Shown: positions 1-12,389 of the stretch, in pieces
Layout of the letters: every line of letters starts with the position of its first letter
Numbering within the stretch: the stretch's first letter is position 1
NCBI RefSeq assembly: GCF_009914755.1
Contig: NC_060947.1
Length of the DNA: 64,000 bases
Reading direction: 5' to 3' (one strand)
DNA from: the human T2T-CHM13v2.0 reference genome, Homo sapiens
The notes under the pieces: model-generated
Told to the model about the DNA's origin: nothing
What the model saw: only the letters and a program-made list of their open reading frames with translations
Databases searched by the model: none
Made by a program: the position numbers and the translations under genes

Positions 1-1463
1 TTTCCCTCTTTATCTTGTGGAATAGTGTCAAAAGGATTGGTTCTAATTTTTTTGAATGTCTGGTAGAATTCTGCTGTGAATCCATCTGGTCCTGGACTTT
101 TTTTGTTATTGTTGGTAGTTTTTTAATTGCCATTTCAATCTCACTGCTTATTTTGAATTGTTCAGGGTATATAATTCTTCCTGATTTAAGCTAGGAGGGT
201 AGTATCTTTCCAGTAATGTATCCATCATTTCTAGGTTTTCTAGTTTATGCAAATAAAGGTGTTCATAGTAGCTTTGAATGATCTTTTGTATTTCTGTGGT
301 GTCAGTTGTAATATCTCTCATTTCATTTCTTATTGAGCTTATTTGGATTTTTCCTCTTATTTTCTTTGTTAATCTTGCTAGTGGTCCATCAATTTTATTT
401 ATCTTTTCAAAGAACCAGCTGTTTTATCTTTTGTAATGTTTATTTATTTGTTTGTTTGTTTCAATTTCATTTAGCTCTGCTCTGATCTTGGTTATTTCCT
501 TTCTTCGTCTGGGTTAGGGTTTATTTTGTTCTTGTTTCTCTAGTTCCTTGAGGTGTGACCTTAGATTGTCTATTTGTTCTCTTTCAGTCGCTGCAGGCAT
601 TTGGGGCTATAAACTTTCCTTTTAGCACCATCTTTGCTGTATCCCAGAGGATTTGATAGGTTGTGTCACCATTGTTGTTCAGATCAAATAATTTTTTAAT
701 ATCCATCTTGATTTCATCTTTGACCCAATGATCATTTAGGAGCAGGTTATTTAATTTCCATGTATTTACATGGTTTTGAAGGTTCCTTTTGGAGTTGATT
801 TCCAGTTTTATTCCACTGTGATCTGAGACAGTACTTGATACTTTTCTTAAATTTATTGAGTCTTGTTTTGTGGCCTATCATATGGTCTATCTTGGAGAAA
901 GTTCCATGTGATATTTAATAGAATGTATATTCTGCAGTTGTTGGATGGAATGTTCTGTATATATCTGTTAAGTCAATTTGTTGATTTTCTGACCTGATAA
1001 CCTGTCTAGTGCTGTCAGTGGAGTATTGAAGTTCCCCACTCTTATTGTGCTTCTGTCTATCTCATTTCTTGGGTCTATTAGTAATTGTTTTATAAATTTG
1101 GGAGCTCCAGTGTTAGGGGCATGTATGTTTAGGATTGTGATATTTTCCTGTTGAACAAGGCCTTTTACCATTATATAATATCCCTCTTTGTCTTTTTAAA
1201 ATGCTCTTGCTGTAAAGTTTGCTTTGTTTGATAGAAGAATAGCTACTCCTGCTTGCTTTTGGTGTCCATTTGCATAGTGTTTTTTTCCACACATTTACCT
1301 TAAGTTAATGTGAGTCCTTATGTATTAGGTGAGTCTCTTAAAGGCAGCAGATGGTTGTTTGGTGAATTCTTATCCATTCTGCAGTTCTGTATCTTTTAAG
1401 TGGAGCATTTAGGCCATTTAAACTCAACGTTAGTATTGAGATGTGAGGTACCATTCCATTCAT
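1..1463 (-). pseudogene. L1 ORF2 (APE-type endonuclease end), disrupted
   Basis: ATG AAT GGA ATG GTA CCT CAC ATC TCA ATA CTA starts at 1463 on minus. ORF 968..1171 carries the EN motif GNFNTPL. Frameshifts and stops are present. Confidence 0.85.
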
Positions 1464-1559
1464 CGTGCTATTTGTTGACTGTGTACCTTGGTTTTTTTTT
1501 TGTTGTTGTTTAAATTGTGTCCTTGTTTTATAGGTCCTGTGAGATTTATGCCTTAAAGA

Positions 1560-2565
1560 GGTTATGTTTTGATGTGTTTCCAGGATTTGTTTTAAGATTT
1601 TTGAGTTCCTTTTAACGGTTCTTATAGTGGTGGCTTGGTAGTGACAAATTCTCTCAGCATTTGTTTGTCTGAAAAAGACTATCTTTCCTTAACATATGAA
1701 GCTTACTTTTGCTGGATCTAATATTCTTGTCTGACAATTGTTTTATTTCAGGAGGCTGAAGGTAGGGCCCCCAATCCCTTCTAGCTTGTAGGGTTTCTGC
1801 TGAGAAGTCTTCTGTTAAGCTGATAGGTTTCCCTTTATAGGTTACCTGTTGCTTTTGCCTTACAGCTCTTAAGATTCTATCCTTCAACTGAACTTAAGAT
1901 AACCTGATGACAACGTGCCTAGGTGATGATCCTTTTGTGATGAATTTCTCAGGAGTTCTTTGTGCTTCTTGTCTTTGGATATTTAAGTCTCTAGCAATGC
2001 CAGGAAACTTTTTCTCGATTATTCCCCGAAATATGTTTTCCAAACTTTTAGATTTTTCTTCTTCCTCAGGAAAGCTGATTATTCTTAGGTTTAGTCATTT
2101 AACATAATCCCAGACTTCTTGGAGGCTTTGTTCATATTTTCTTATTCTTTTCTCTTTGTCTGTGTTGAATTGGGTCCACTCAAAGACCTTGTCTTTGAGC
2201 TCTGAATTTCTTTGTTCTACTTGTTCAGTTCTATTGCAGAGACTTTCCAGAGCATTTTGCATTTCTGTAAGTGTGTCCATTGTTTCCTGAAGTTCTGATT
2301 GTTTTCTATTTAGGCTGTCTATTACACTGAATATTTCTCCCTTTACTTCTTGTGTCATTTTCTTGAATTCTTTACATTGGACTTCACCTTTCTCTGGTGC
2401 CTCCCCGATTAGCTTAACAACTGACCTCCTGAATTCTTTTTCAGGTAAATCAGGGATTTCTTCTTGGTTTGGATCCATTGCTGGTGAGCTAGTGTGATTT
2501 TTTGGAGGTGTTAAAGAACCTTGATTTGTCATATTACCAGAGTTGGTTTTCTGTTTCCTTCTCAT
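1560..2565 (-). pseudogene. L1 ORF1p (coiled-coil/RRM), disrupted
   Basis: ORFs 2095..2565 (EQSLQEVWDYVK) and 1654..1887 (KQQVTYKGKPISLTEDFSAETLQARRDW). The 3' boundary is approximate. Confidence 0.85.
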
Positions 2566-4184
2566 TTGAGTAGGCTGTCAGAGAGAGGGTCTAGGGCTGA
2601 AGCCTGTTGTTCAGATTCTTTTGTCCCATGGGTTGTTCCCTTGATGTAGTACTCTCCCCCTTTTCCTATGGATGTGGTTTTCTGAGAGCCAAGCTAGAGT
2701 CTTTGTTATCTCCTTTCTAGATCTAGCCACCCAGCAAGTCTACCAGGCTCCAGGCCTTTACTGTGGGTTATCTGCACAGAGTCCTGTGATGTGAATCATC
2801 TGTTAATCTCTCAGCCATGGATACCAGAACCTATTCCAGTGAAGGTGGCAGGGAGGTGAAATGGATTCTGTGAGGGTTCTTAGCTTTGTTGGTTTAATGC
2901 ACTATTTTTGTGCTGGTCGGCCTCCTGCTGGGAGGTGGTGCTTTTCAGAAATTATCAGCTGTGTTAGTATGGAAAAGAATAGGTGGTGGGTGGGGCCCTA
3001 GAACTCCCCAGAGTATATGCCCTTTGTCCTCAGTTACCAGGGTGGGTAGGGAAAGACCATTGGGTGGGGCAGGGCTACGTATGTCTGAACTCAGACTTTC
3101 CTTGCGGGAGTCTTGCAGTGGCTGCTGTGGAGGATGGGGGTGAGCTTCTCAGGTCAATAGAGTTATGATCCTAGGAAGATTGGGGCTGTTTCTACTGTGT
3201 CATGCAGGTTGTCAGGGAAGTGGGGGAAAGCCGGTAGTCACAGGCCTCACCCAGTTTTCACACAATCTCAAGGGCCGGTCTCACTCCCACCATGTCCCTC
3301 CCAATAGCACTGAGTCTGTTTCCAGGCAGTGGGTAAGCAGGGCTGAGAACTTGCCCCAGGCTACCCACCTCCCAGTTGTGAAAGCAAGTATGGATTTCCT
3401 TTCCCCACCTGTAGAGTCTGCACACTGGATTCATGCCTTCTCCCAAGTTCTGGCCAGAAGGCTTCTCAATCAGTTCAAATCATTACAAAGTTCAGCTGGA
3501 GATTTCATTCTCCCTGTGGCCTTTTCCCAGCACCTCTGGCTGCCCTCCCAAAGGATCCCTGAGAGGTCAGGCAGGAATGGCCTGCTTGGGGACCCAGCGA
3601 GCTCACAGGGCCTTTCCCGCTGCTTCCTCTACCTTTGTATTTTGCTCGGCTCTGTAAATTGACTCAGCTCCACGTAAGGTAAGAATCTTCTCCCATAATC
3701 TAGACCTTCAGTTTCCCCAGTGGGAGTGTTATCTTTGGAGGTGGATGATCTCCCTTTTCCATTTACGCAGTTTGGGCACTCACAGTATTTGGAGTGTCTC
3801 CTGGGTCCTGCAGGAGCAATCTGCTTCCTTCTGAGGGGCTGTGGGTCCTCTCGGGTTTCCTGGTTTATTCCTGCAGTCATTTTGGAACTAAAATTTATGA
3901 TGCAAGCCTCCATAAACTGCTCTGTCTGTCCAAGTCAGAGCTGCAATCTAGTCCTTCCTCCAGTCTGTCATAATCCCCCATTGTCTGGAAGACTACATTT
4001 AGTAATTGGCCTCTTTAAGCATGTGTCTTTCTGCTTTAAGAGATTGTTTCCTGAAACCTGTGGTGTTTGCAGTCCTCTTGGCCTTTGCTTCCCTGGCTGT
4101 ATGGCCAGGAACCACTTTGGGGCTGCTTGTGCATGCTCCACGTGAGTCTGCTGATAGTGCTTCCCGGCGCACTGCAGCTGTGGA

Positions 4185-7100
4185 CTCAATTTTTAGTTTT
4201 TCTTAAAGAAACTTCCAAGCTGTTCTAAATAGTGGTTTTATTCATTTACATTCTCAACAATAGTGTGCAAGGGTTCCATTCCATTTTCTCCATATCTTTG
4301 CAAGCATTTGTTATTGCCTGTCTCTGGATACAAGCCATTTTAACTTTGGTGAGATGATATCTCATTGTAGTTTTGATTTGCACTTCTCTGATGATCAATG
4401 ATGTTGAGCACATTTTCATATGCCTGTTTGACATTTTATATCTTCTTTTGAGAAATGCCTATTCAAGTCTTTTGCCCAGTTTTGATTGGATTATTAGATT
4501 TTTTTCTATAAAGTTGTTTGAACTCCCTATATATTTTGGTTATTAACTCCTTATCAAATAAGTAGTTGGCAAATATTTTCTCCCATTCTGAGGGTTGTCT
4601 CTACATTTCATTGACTGCATCTTTTGCTGTGCAGAAGGTTTTCACTTGATGTGATCACATTTGTCCATGTTTGCTTTGGTCGCCTGTGCTTATAGGGTAT
4701 TGCTCAAGAAATCTTTGTCCAGAACAATGTCCTGGGGGGTTTCCCCTATGTTTTATTGGAGTATTTTAACAGTTTGAGGTCTTAGATTTAAGTTTTAATC
4801 CATTTTAATTTGATTTTTGTATATGGGGAGAGATGGGGCTCCAGTCTTGTTCTTCTGCATATGGATATCCAGTTTTCCCAGCACCATCATTTATTGAAGA
4901 GACTGTCTTTTCCCCAGTGTATGTTCTTGGCACGTTTGTCAAAAATAGATTCACTGTAGGTGTGCAGATTTGATCCTGGGGTTTCTATTCTGTTCTGTTA
5001 ATCTATATGCCTATTTTTATGACAGTACCATGCCACTTTGGTCACTATAGCTCTACAGTATAACTTGTCAACAGGTTATATCATTTCTAAATTTTTGTTC
5101 TTACTTATAATAGCTTTAGCTATTCTGGGTCTTTTGTGGTTCCATATGAATTGTATGATTGTTTTCTCTATTTTTGTAAGAATGTCATTGGTATTTTATA
5201 GGGATTGCATTGAATCTGTAGATTGCTTTGGGTATTATGGACACTTTAACAATATTGATTCTTCCAATCTATGAAAGTGAAATATTTTTCCATTTTTGGT
5301 GTTTTCAATTTCCTTCATCAGTGTTTTGTAGTTTTCATTATAGAGGTCTTTCAATTCTTTGGTTAAGTAAATTCCTAGGTATTTAATTTTATGTGTGGCT
5401 ATATTATTGCTTTTTATTTTTATTTCACATTGTTCACTACAAGTATGTAGAAATGCTACTGAATTTTTTATGTTGATTTTTATTCTACAAATTTACTGAA
5501 TTAGTTTATCAGTTCTAATAGTTTTCTTTTGGACTCTTCAGGTTTCTCTAATTATATGATCATATGATCAGCACATAAGGATAATTTGATTTTTTCTTTT
5601 TTAATTTGGATGCCCTTTATATCTTTCTCTGGTCTTATTGCTCTAGCTAGGCTTTCCAGTACTATGTTGAATAACAGTGGTGACAGGGGACCTTCTAGTC
5701 ATGTTCCAAATCTTAGAGAAAAGGCTTTCAGTTTTTCCTCATTCAGTATGATACTAGCTGTGAGTCTGTTATATATCACTTTTATTATTTTGAGGTATGT
5801 TCCTTCTATATCCAACATTTTGGGTTTTTTTAATCATGAAGGGACATTAAACTTTTTCAAATGCTTTTTTAGGATCAATTAAAATGATCATATGTTTTTT
5901 ATCCTTCATTCTGTTGATATGATGTATCACATTAATAGATTTTGTGGATGTTGAACCATCCCTGCATTCCAGGGTTACATCCTACTTGGTCATGAGGAAC
6001 AGTCATTCTAGTGTATTGTTAAATTCAGTTTCTAGTATTTTGTTGGTGATTTTTGCATCAATATTTATCAGCTATGTTGGCCTGTAGATTATTTTTATGA
6101 TGTGTCTTTGTCTCGTCTTGTTATCAGTGAAATACTGTCTTTGTAGAATGAGTTGGAAAGTATTCCTTCCTCCTCTATTTGTCAGAATAGTTTGAGTAAG
6201 ATTTATATTAATTTTTCTTTTTAATGTTTGGTAGAATTCAGCAGTGAAGCCATCAGGTCCTGAGCTTTTTTTTACTGGAAGACTTTTTATTACAGCTTTT
6301 ATCTTATTACTTGTTATTGGTCTGTTGAGGTTTTTCAATTTCTTTCTGTTTCAATTTTGGAAGGTTGTAAGTATCTAGGAATTTGTCCATTTCTTCTAGA
6401 TTTTCCAATTTATTGGCATGTAGTTGCTCCTGGTATCCTCTAGTGATCCATTTAATTTATGCAATATCAGTTGTGATGTCTCCTTTTTATTTCTGATTTT
6501 TTCATTTGAAACTTATCTCACTTTTTTCTTACTTAGTCTGACTAAAAGTTTGTGAACTTTAACTTTTCAAAAAGTTAAGTTTTTGTTGCATTGATCTTTT
6601 GTATTATTTTCCTCATTTCAATTTCATTTCTTTCTGCTCTGATCTTTATTAATTTTATTCTACTAACTTTGAATTTGGTTTGCTCTTGCTTTTCCAAGTC
6701 TTTAAGATGCATCATTAGATTGTTTATTTGAAATTTTTTCTCTCTTTGATGTGGGCACTTATAGCTATAAACATCCCTCTTAGTACTGCTTGCGCTGTAT
6801 GCTTTAGGAATGGGGAACTCAGAATTCTGACCAGTGCCCTATCCTGCTGTAGCTGAGCTGGTATCCAAGATGCAAGACAAAGTCCTCCCCACTCTTCTTT
6901 CTCCTCTCCTTAAGCTGAAGAAATGAGATTTTTTTGGAGCCATGAGCTGTGCAGCCTGGGGTTAGGGGAGGGGTGATGCCAGCACTCCCTTGGCTTCCCC
7001 AGCTGGGGTCTTAGTATGCTGTTTGCCCTGCCCCAAATCCACTGTCTCTGGGCCTAGTTCAGTACTTGGACTTGCCTAGGAATTGCAGTCCTTATGGCCT

Positions 7101-7607
7101 AGATGGGCTTTAAAGTTTACTTAGAGATTGAGAGCACTTTGGCCCTCAAGGATGAGATTTTTGGGCACTCAAGTTCAAACTGCTGGGACCTATCAGAGAT
7201 TCCCCTCTGGCTAGGGCTGGTTTAAATGCTCCCTCTGTCGGGGGGCATTAGCTGAGTTTCGCCAGGTTTTTCTTTGTGCTCTAACAGGACAGAACTGAGT
7301 TCAATTCCTTCCAATTGCTGTGTTCTCCCTCCTCCCAACACCCAGATATGTTCTCTGCCACCCACTCTACGGCTGCTGGAGAAGGGAGAATGGCAGCATC
7401 ACAACAGATAGGACTGTATTTTCCATCTCCTCATGGTCTCCCTCAGTGATAAGAAGTTAAAACCAGGAACTATGTGTACTCACCTGACTTTTGGTTCTTA
7501 TGAAGGTTTTTTTTTTTTTTTTCTGTATAGAGAGTTGTTAACTTGGTGTTCTTAAGTGGGGGACAATCAGTGGAGCTTTCTATTCTGCCACCTTGCTTCC
7601 CAGAATC
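4185..7607 (-). mobile_element. Older LINE-1 (L1M1/L1MA-type), internally deleted, interrupted at 4185
   Basis: ORF2 fragments at 4246..4434 ([21 protein letters not shown]) and 6072..6338 (KSSGPDGFTAEFYQT). 5'UTR spans 6803-7607 and starts GGAAGCAAGGTGGCAGAATAGAAAGCTCCAC on minus. Confidence 0.85.
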
Positions 7608-7770
7608 AGCCTGGCTCAATAATTTAAACTTAAGTAAAAGGCCAAGCACCTTTCCCAGTTTAATTAAATTATCAGAAGATTAATTTTCTAAACTTTGTAT
7701 ATTTTTCTGAAATGATGTTATTGTGATTGAATATACAAGTACATTCAGTAAAGATGTTCAAAATATTTGT

Positions 7771-8473
7771 ACATCTTTTTCCCATCCCCATACCTCTCCC
7801 TCACCCTAGCCTCTATTTGCTACCTTTCTACTCTCTGTTTTCCTGAGATAGAAATTTTAGATTCCACATATAAGTGAGATTATGCAATATTTGTCTTTCA
7901 GTGCCTGACTTACTTTGCTGAGCATATTGTCTTCCAGTTCCATCCATGTTTTTACAAATGACAGAATTTCTTTCTTTTTAAAGACTGTATATTATTCTAT
8001 TGTGTATGTGTACAACTTTTATTTATCTATTCTATCCCTTTTTTAATCTATTCATCCTTTGATGGACACTGAGGTTGTTTCCAGTTTCCATTTCTTGGTT
8101 ATTGTGAGTTATGCTGAAATGAACAAAACAATGCAGATATCTCTTTAATATATCAATTTTAATTCCTTTGTGTATACCCAGAAATGGGATTGCTGGATGT
8201 TGATGAAAAGGTACAAAATTTCAGTTAGACTGGAGGCATAAGTTTTAGTGATCTATTGTAGTGCATGTTGACCACAGTTAATAATAATGTGTATTTCAAA
8301 ACAGCTAAAATAGATTTTTAATTTTCTCTCTACAAAATTATAATAAATGGGTGAGGTGATTAATATGTTAATCAACTTTATTGACTCCCTCCATAATGTA
8401 TACATAGATCAAAACATCAAATTATGCCCTGTAAATATACACAACTATTATTGGTCAATTAAAAATTTAAAAA
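7771..8473 (+). mobile_element. 5'-inverted (twin-primed) L1MA 3' end: minus segment 7771-8200, plus segment 8196-8473
   Basis: The two segments are contiguous in L1MA 3'UTR order, share GATGT at the junction, and end in an A-rich tail near 8460-8473. Confidence 0.75.
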
Positions 8474-9548
8474 TTGTGCATTTCATACGGATAAAAAATG
8501 CTATAAAAATTCTCAAATGAATGTTGTATGTATGTTTGTGCGTGATATTTATTTTCTTCAAAAATATAAAATCTAGAAAAGAGGACAGAGGTTATTTAAC
8601 AATGAATTATAGTAAATAGAAATAAACATGACCTTAACAATCAGAAAGAACCTCAAACTATCACATGGTAAAGGAAAATAACAAGATAAAAGAGGCAGCA
8701 CAGAATAAAGTCCTAGATTTTTGTTTGTGTTATGACCCACACTTTGTAGGAATAATCATGAAACAGGTAAATTGGGCATTTAAGATTGGGTATTTTTTTC
8801 CAAAAATATCTTACATAAGATTAGATATTGAATTGATAGCTGTAATATAATTAGTCAACCTTACTTGAGAAGTTCAGTGATCACTTGTTGCTTTTGGGAT
8901 TTTGTCCCTAACTCACCCACTTAGTATCTTAAGTGCCCAAAGATATTTCTTCAGATTTATACACCTGCAGCACAAGAAAAAAGAACCAAAATTTGGGGTT
9001 AACTGATTGTTCCTAGATTTCTTAGTCCTTAAACTCTCATTCTTTGTTCTTCTACAAGTGTATAAATCAAAGTAAAGCAGATCATACAATGAAGAGTTAA
9101 CTTTGGCAGTGCCATATACATATGTCTTTCATGAAGAAAAGTTTGCATCAGAGTCATTGCTTTCTTGTTCACTGACTATGCATCTATTTCCAAACAGGTG
9201 ATAGGAGAACTCCAAAGTTAGATGATTTTAACCCTCAAGAAGAAAGGACTTGGGCCTTCACAGTGAAAATCAGCACAATCAATAATTTATCTTTGCCTTT
9301 TATCCTACCTAAATTATATGTATTCTGATTAAAGTGGAAGCTATAAGTAGGATAAGGCAAACTCATCTATCTAATGTGACAGGGTTGAAGCTAGATAGGC
9401 ATTATGATCCTGAAATTGCTTATATTCTCCTCAATTTTATTAACATTTAATTTAATATGTTTTGTTGTCTGATAATTTCTTGTATATTTTTACTATTTTC
9501 TACTACTGCAGACAAATTTCCCACATCCTAGCAGAGCAATACAAACAT

Positions 9549-10425
9549 TGGAATACCATTCAGCCACAAAATAAACGAAATCCTGTGATTTGTGGCAACA
9601 TGGACTAACCAGGAGAATATTATTTTAAATTAAATAAGCCAGGCACAGAAAGAGAAACACCACACGATCTCACTCACATGTGGAATCTAAAAGAGCCGAT
9701 CTCCTAGAAGTAGAGAGTAGAATAGTAGTTACCAGGAATTAGGGAAGGTGTGGGGAAGAGAGGGTGGAGAGATATTGGTGAGGGGGTGCAAAGTTATGTT
9801 TAGACAAGAAGAATAAGTTCCAGTGTTTTATGAGTCCATTTTCATGCTGCTGATAAACCCCAAGACTGGGCAATTTATAAAAGAAAGAGAAGTTTAATGG
9901 ACTTATAGTTCCACGTGGCTGGGGAGGCTGCACAATCATGGTGGAAGTCAAGGAGGAGCAAGTCACATCTTAATATGGATGGCAGCAGGCAAAGAGAGAG
10001 AATTTGTGCAGGAGAACTTCTTTTTCAAAACCATCAGATCTCGTGAGACTTATTGACTATCAAGATGAACAGCATGGGAAAGACTTGCCTTTATGATTCA
10101 ATTACTTCCCACACCCACCAGGTCCCTCCCATAGCATGTTGGAATTCAAGATGAGATTTAGGTACACATCCAAAGGACACAGCCAAACCATACAAAGTGT
10201 TCTATTAAATAGTAGGGTGACTAATAATAATAAAGTGCATATTTCAAGATAGCTAGAAGAGAAGTTTTTGAATGTTATCACTTCAAATAAATCATAAGTG
10301 TTTAAAGTGATGGATATGCTAATTACTCTGATTTGATCATTATACAATGTATATCTGAATTGAAACATCACATTAATACCCCATAAATATGTACAATTAC
10401 TGTGTGTCAATTATAAATATTTTAA
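9549..10425 (+). mobile_element. L1MA 3' end interrupted by a THE1 LTR
   Basis: GGAATACCATTCAGCCACAAAA...GAATAAGTTCCAGTG resumes as TTCTATT...AGGGTGACTA after 10195. Confidence 0.8.
9826..10194 (-). mobile_element. THE1 (THE1B-like) MaLR solo LTR
   Basis: GAGTCCATTTTCATGCTGCTGATAAA...GACACAGCCAAACCATACA, flanked by a 5-bp TSD CAGTG/AAGTG (1 mismatch). Confidence 0.9.
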
Positions 10426-11932
10426 AAGTAAATTTAGAAAAGAGAACCTCTAGTAAATGATGCTTTCTGATCATTTGGCAACACAAATCCTATTCTCTCA
10501 AAGGAATTCTTGCTGTGTACAATAGATTCCTTAGAGCAATAATTAAGAATGATTAAGTGGATGGTTTACTAACAAGTCATAGCAAACAGAAAGGTTTCCT
10601 CTTTTTAAAATAATAGTACATCTTGCCTAACTACAATTATATCCATTTCACCCATATATTGTATGTATGTGATTATCTGCCTTGTTTGTTAGATTATTTA
10701 GGTAGCTTAACAAGGAATTAATTTTTCTGTGTTAAAAATGTACTGTATCTTGGTACCATATAATAACAAAAATAATTTATCATTTCCATAGGTAACTATT
10801 TGAAATGCTACTCAGTAACTAAATATAGCTTCTTTGGATGTGAATTTAACCAACAATATAAAAACTGTGGGCTTGATTCATCTTCATAACTTACTAATAG
10901 CTTAAACAATTAGGCCAATATTTTGTAAAAATGATTTATAATACAAAATTATTGTACTATCACGTTTAGAGTAGCAAGTACCCTCAGTCCCTGATGTGTT
11001 TATTAAAGAGCTAAGGCAGTTACTTTTTTGATAACTTGCTGCTACAGCATTTATACTTATTACAAAACAGATGGATATCCTTTACTTACAAAAAGCATAA
11101 AACTTTAAATGGCAACTCTTACTTTCTAAGTTATTACTATTATTATTTTAGAAGAAACAGCAGCCTGGGACAAGACCATAAATGACAGATTATCTCTCAG
11201 TTTCCACTTAACCTGATTAAATAAAAACACAGTTTGTCCTTATCCACTCCCAGTAGCCTTATTGGAGCTAATAGAGCAGATGTTTTGTCACCCAGATAGT
11301 CACAATTGCTTTTCACTCTGGTGAACATATTTTGGAAACAAGCTAATGAGGCGATCTGCAACAAACACACTTGGTCCCCTTTGGCTGATATTTCTTTGCT
11401 GATGTCATTTATCCTTCATTGTTAATTAAATGAAAATAAGCAGCAATTGCTTTCCCCATATTGTACATTCAGAAATAAAACTGTGTAATGTGGTGTATAA
11501 ATTTGTTTTTTGTTGAAATGTTGAAGTTCAAGTGATGAACTTTAAGTCTGTGCTAATTGTTTAAATGAGGGCACAGATATTTATGAAGACCGAAGCTCAT
11601 TATAAGAAGTACTAATGTAACAAGGGTATGTTCTTAATGGAAGCTTCTTTCCATTTATATGATACAAGCATTTCTGTTAATCCTGGGGTTTATGAACCAA
11701 CATATCCCTGTTGAAAATGCTAATGATCAAATGTGGTAAGAATTATCTACATAACAAGTGGCTAGACATGCTTATCTGCAGTATAAGTGATGCCCAATGT
11801 AGAACTTTATGTTTACTTATGCAAGGGATGAGAAGTCTCATCAAGTTGCTGCCAGTAACTTGTTCTGAACATTTTTTTTTCTATTGGACCACTAATTAAA
11901 TAATAATCATAATCATAATAATCCAAGAGGGT

Positions 11933-11968
11933 TGTATTAGTCAGAGTTCTCTTAGAGGGACAGAACTG

Positions 11969-12044
<76 letters not shown>

Positions 12045-12159
12045 CAGACTCCAAGTTCTTCAGTTTTGTGACTCAGACAGGCTCTCCTTGCTCTTCAGCT
12101 TCCAGACAGCCTATTGTGGAACCTTGTGATCATGTAAGTTAATTCTTAATAAACTCCCC

Positions 12160-12193
<34 letters not shown>

Positions 12194-12346
12194 ATATATA
12201 TATATATATATACATATATATATGTATATATATATAACTAATATATATTAGAGAACTAATAAGGTTTGCATATGTCATATATATGTATATATATATAATA
12301 TATGTGTATATATCTTATTAGTCCTCTAATATATATTAGTTATATA

Positions 12347-12389
<43 letters not shown>

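Larger units (their letters stand above)
1..3979 (-). mobile_element. LINE-1, L1PB/L1PBa-type, 5' portion (5'UTR, ORF1, start of ORF2); 3' part continues off the window
   Basis: Minus strand starts GGGGGATTATGACAGACTGGAGGAAGGACTAGATTGCAGCTC (L1PBa-like 5' end). The ORF1 fragment reads MRRKQKTNSGNMTNQGSLTPPK and the ORF2 EN fragment reads NITILNIHAPNTGAPKFIKQLL. Confidence 0.9.

Noticed and set aside
3968-4189. 73-aa minus ORF spanning the orphan segment
   Set aside because: It starts at a non-ATG codon in the host L1 and ends in the other L1. No recognisable domain.
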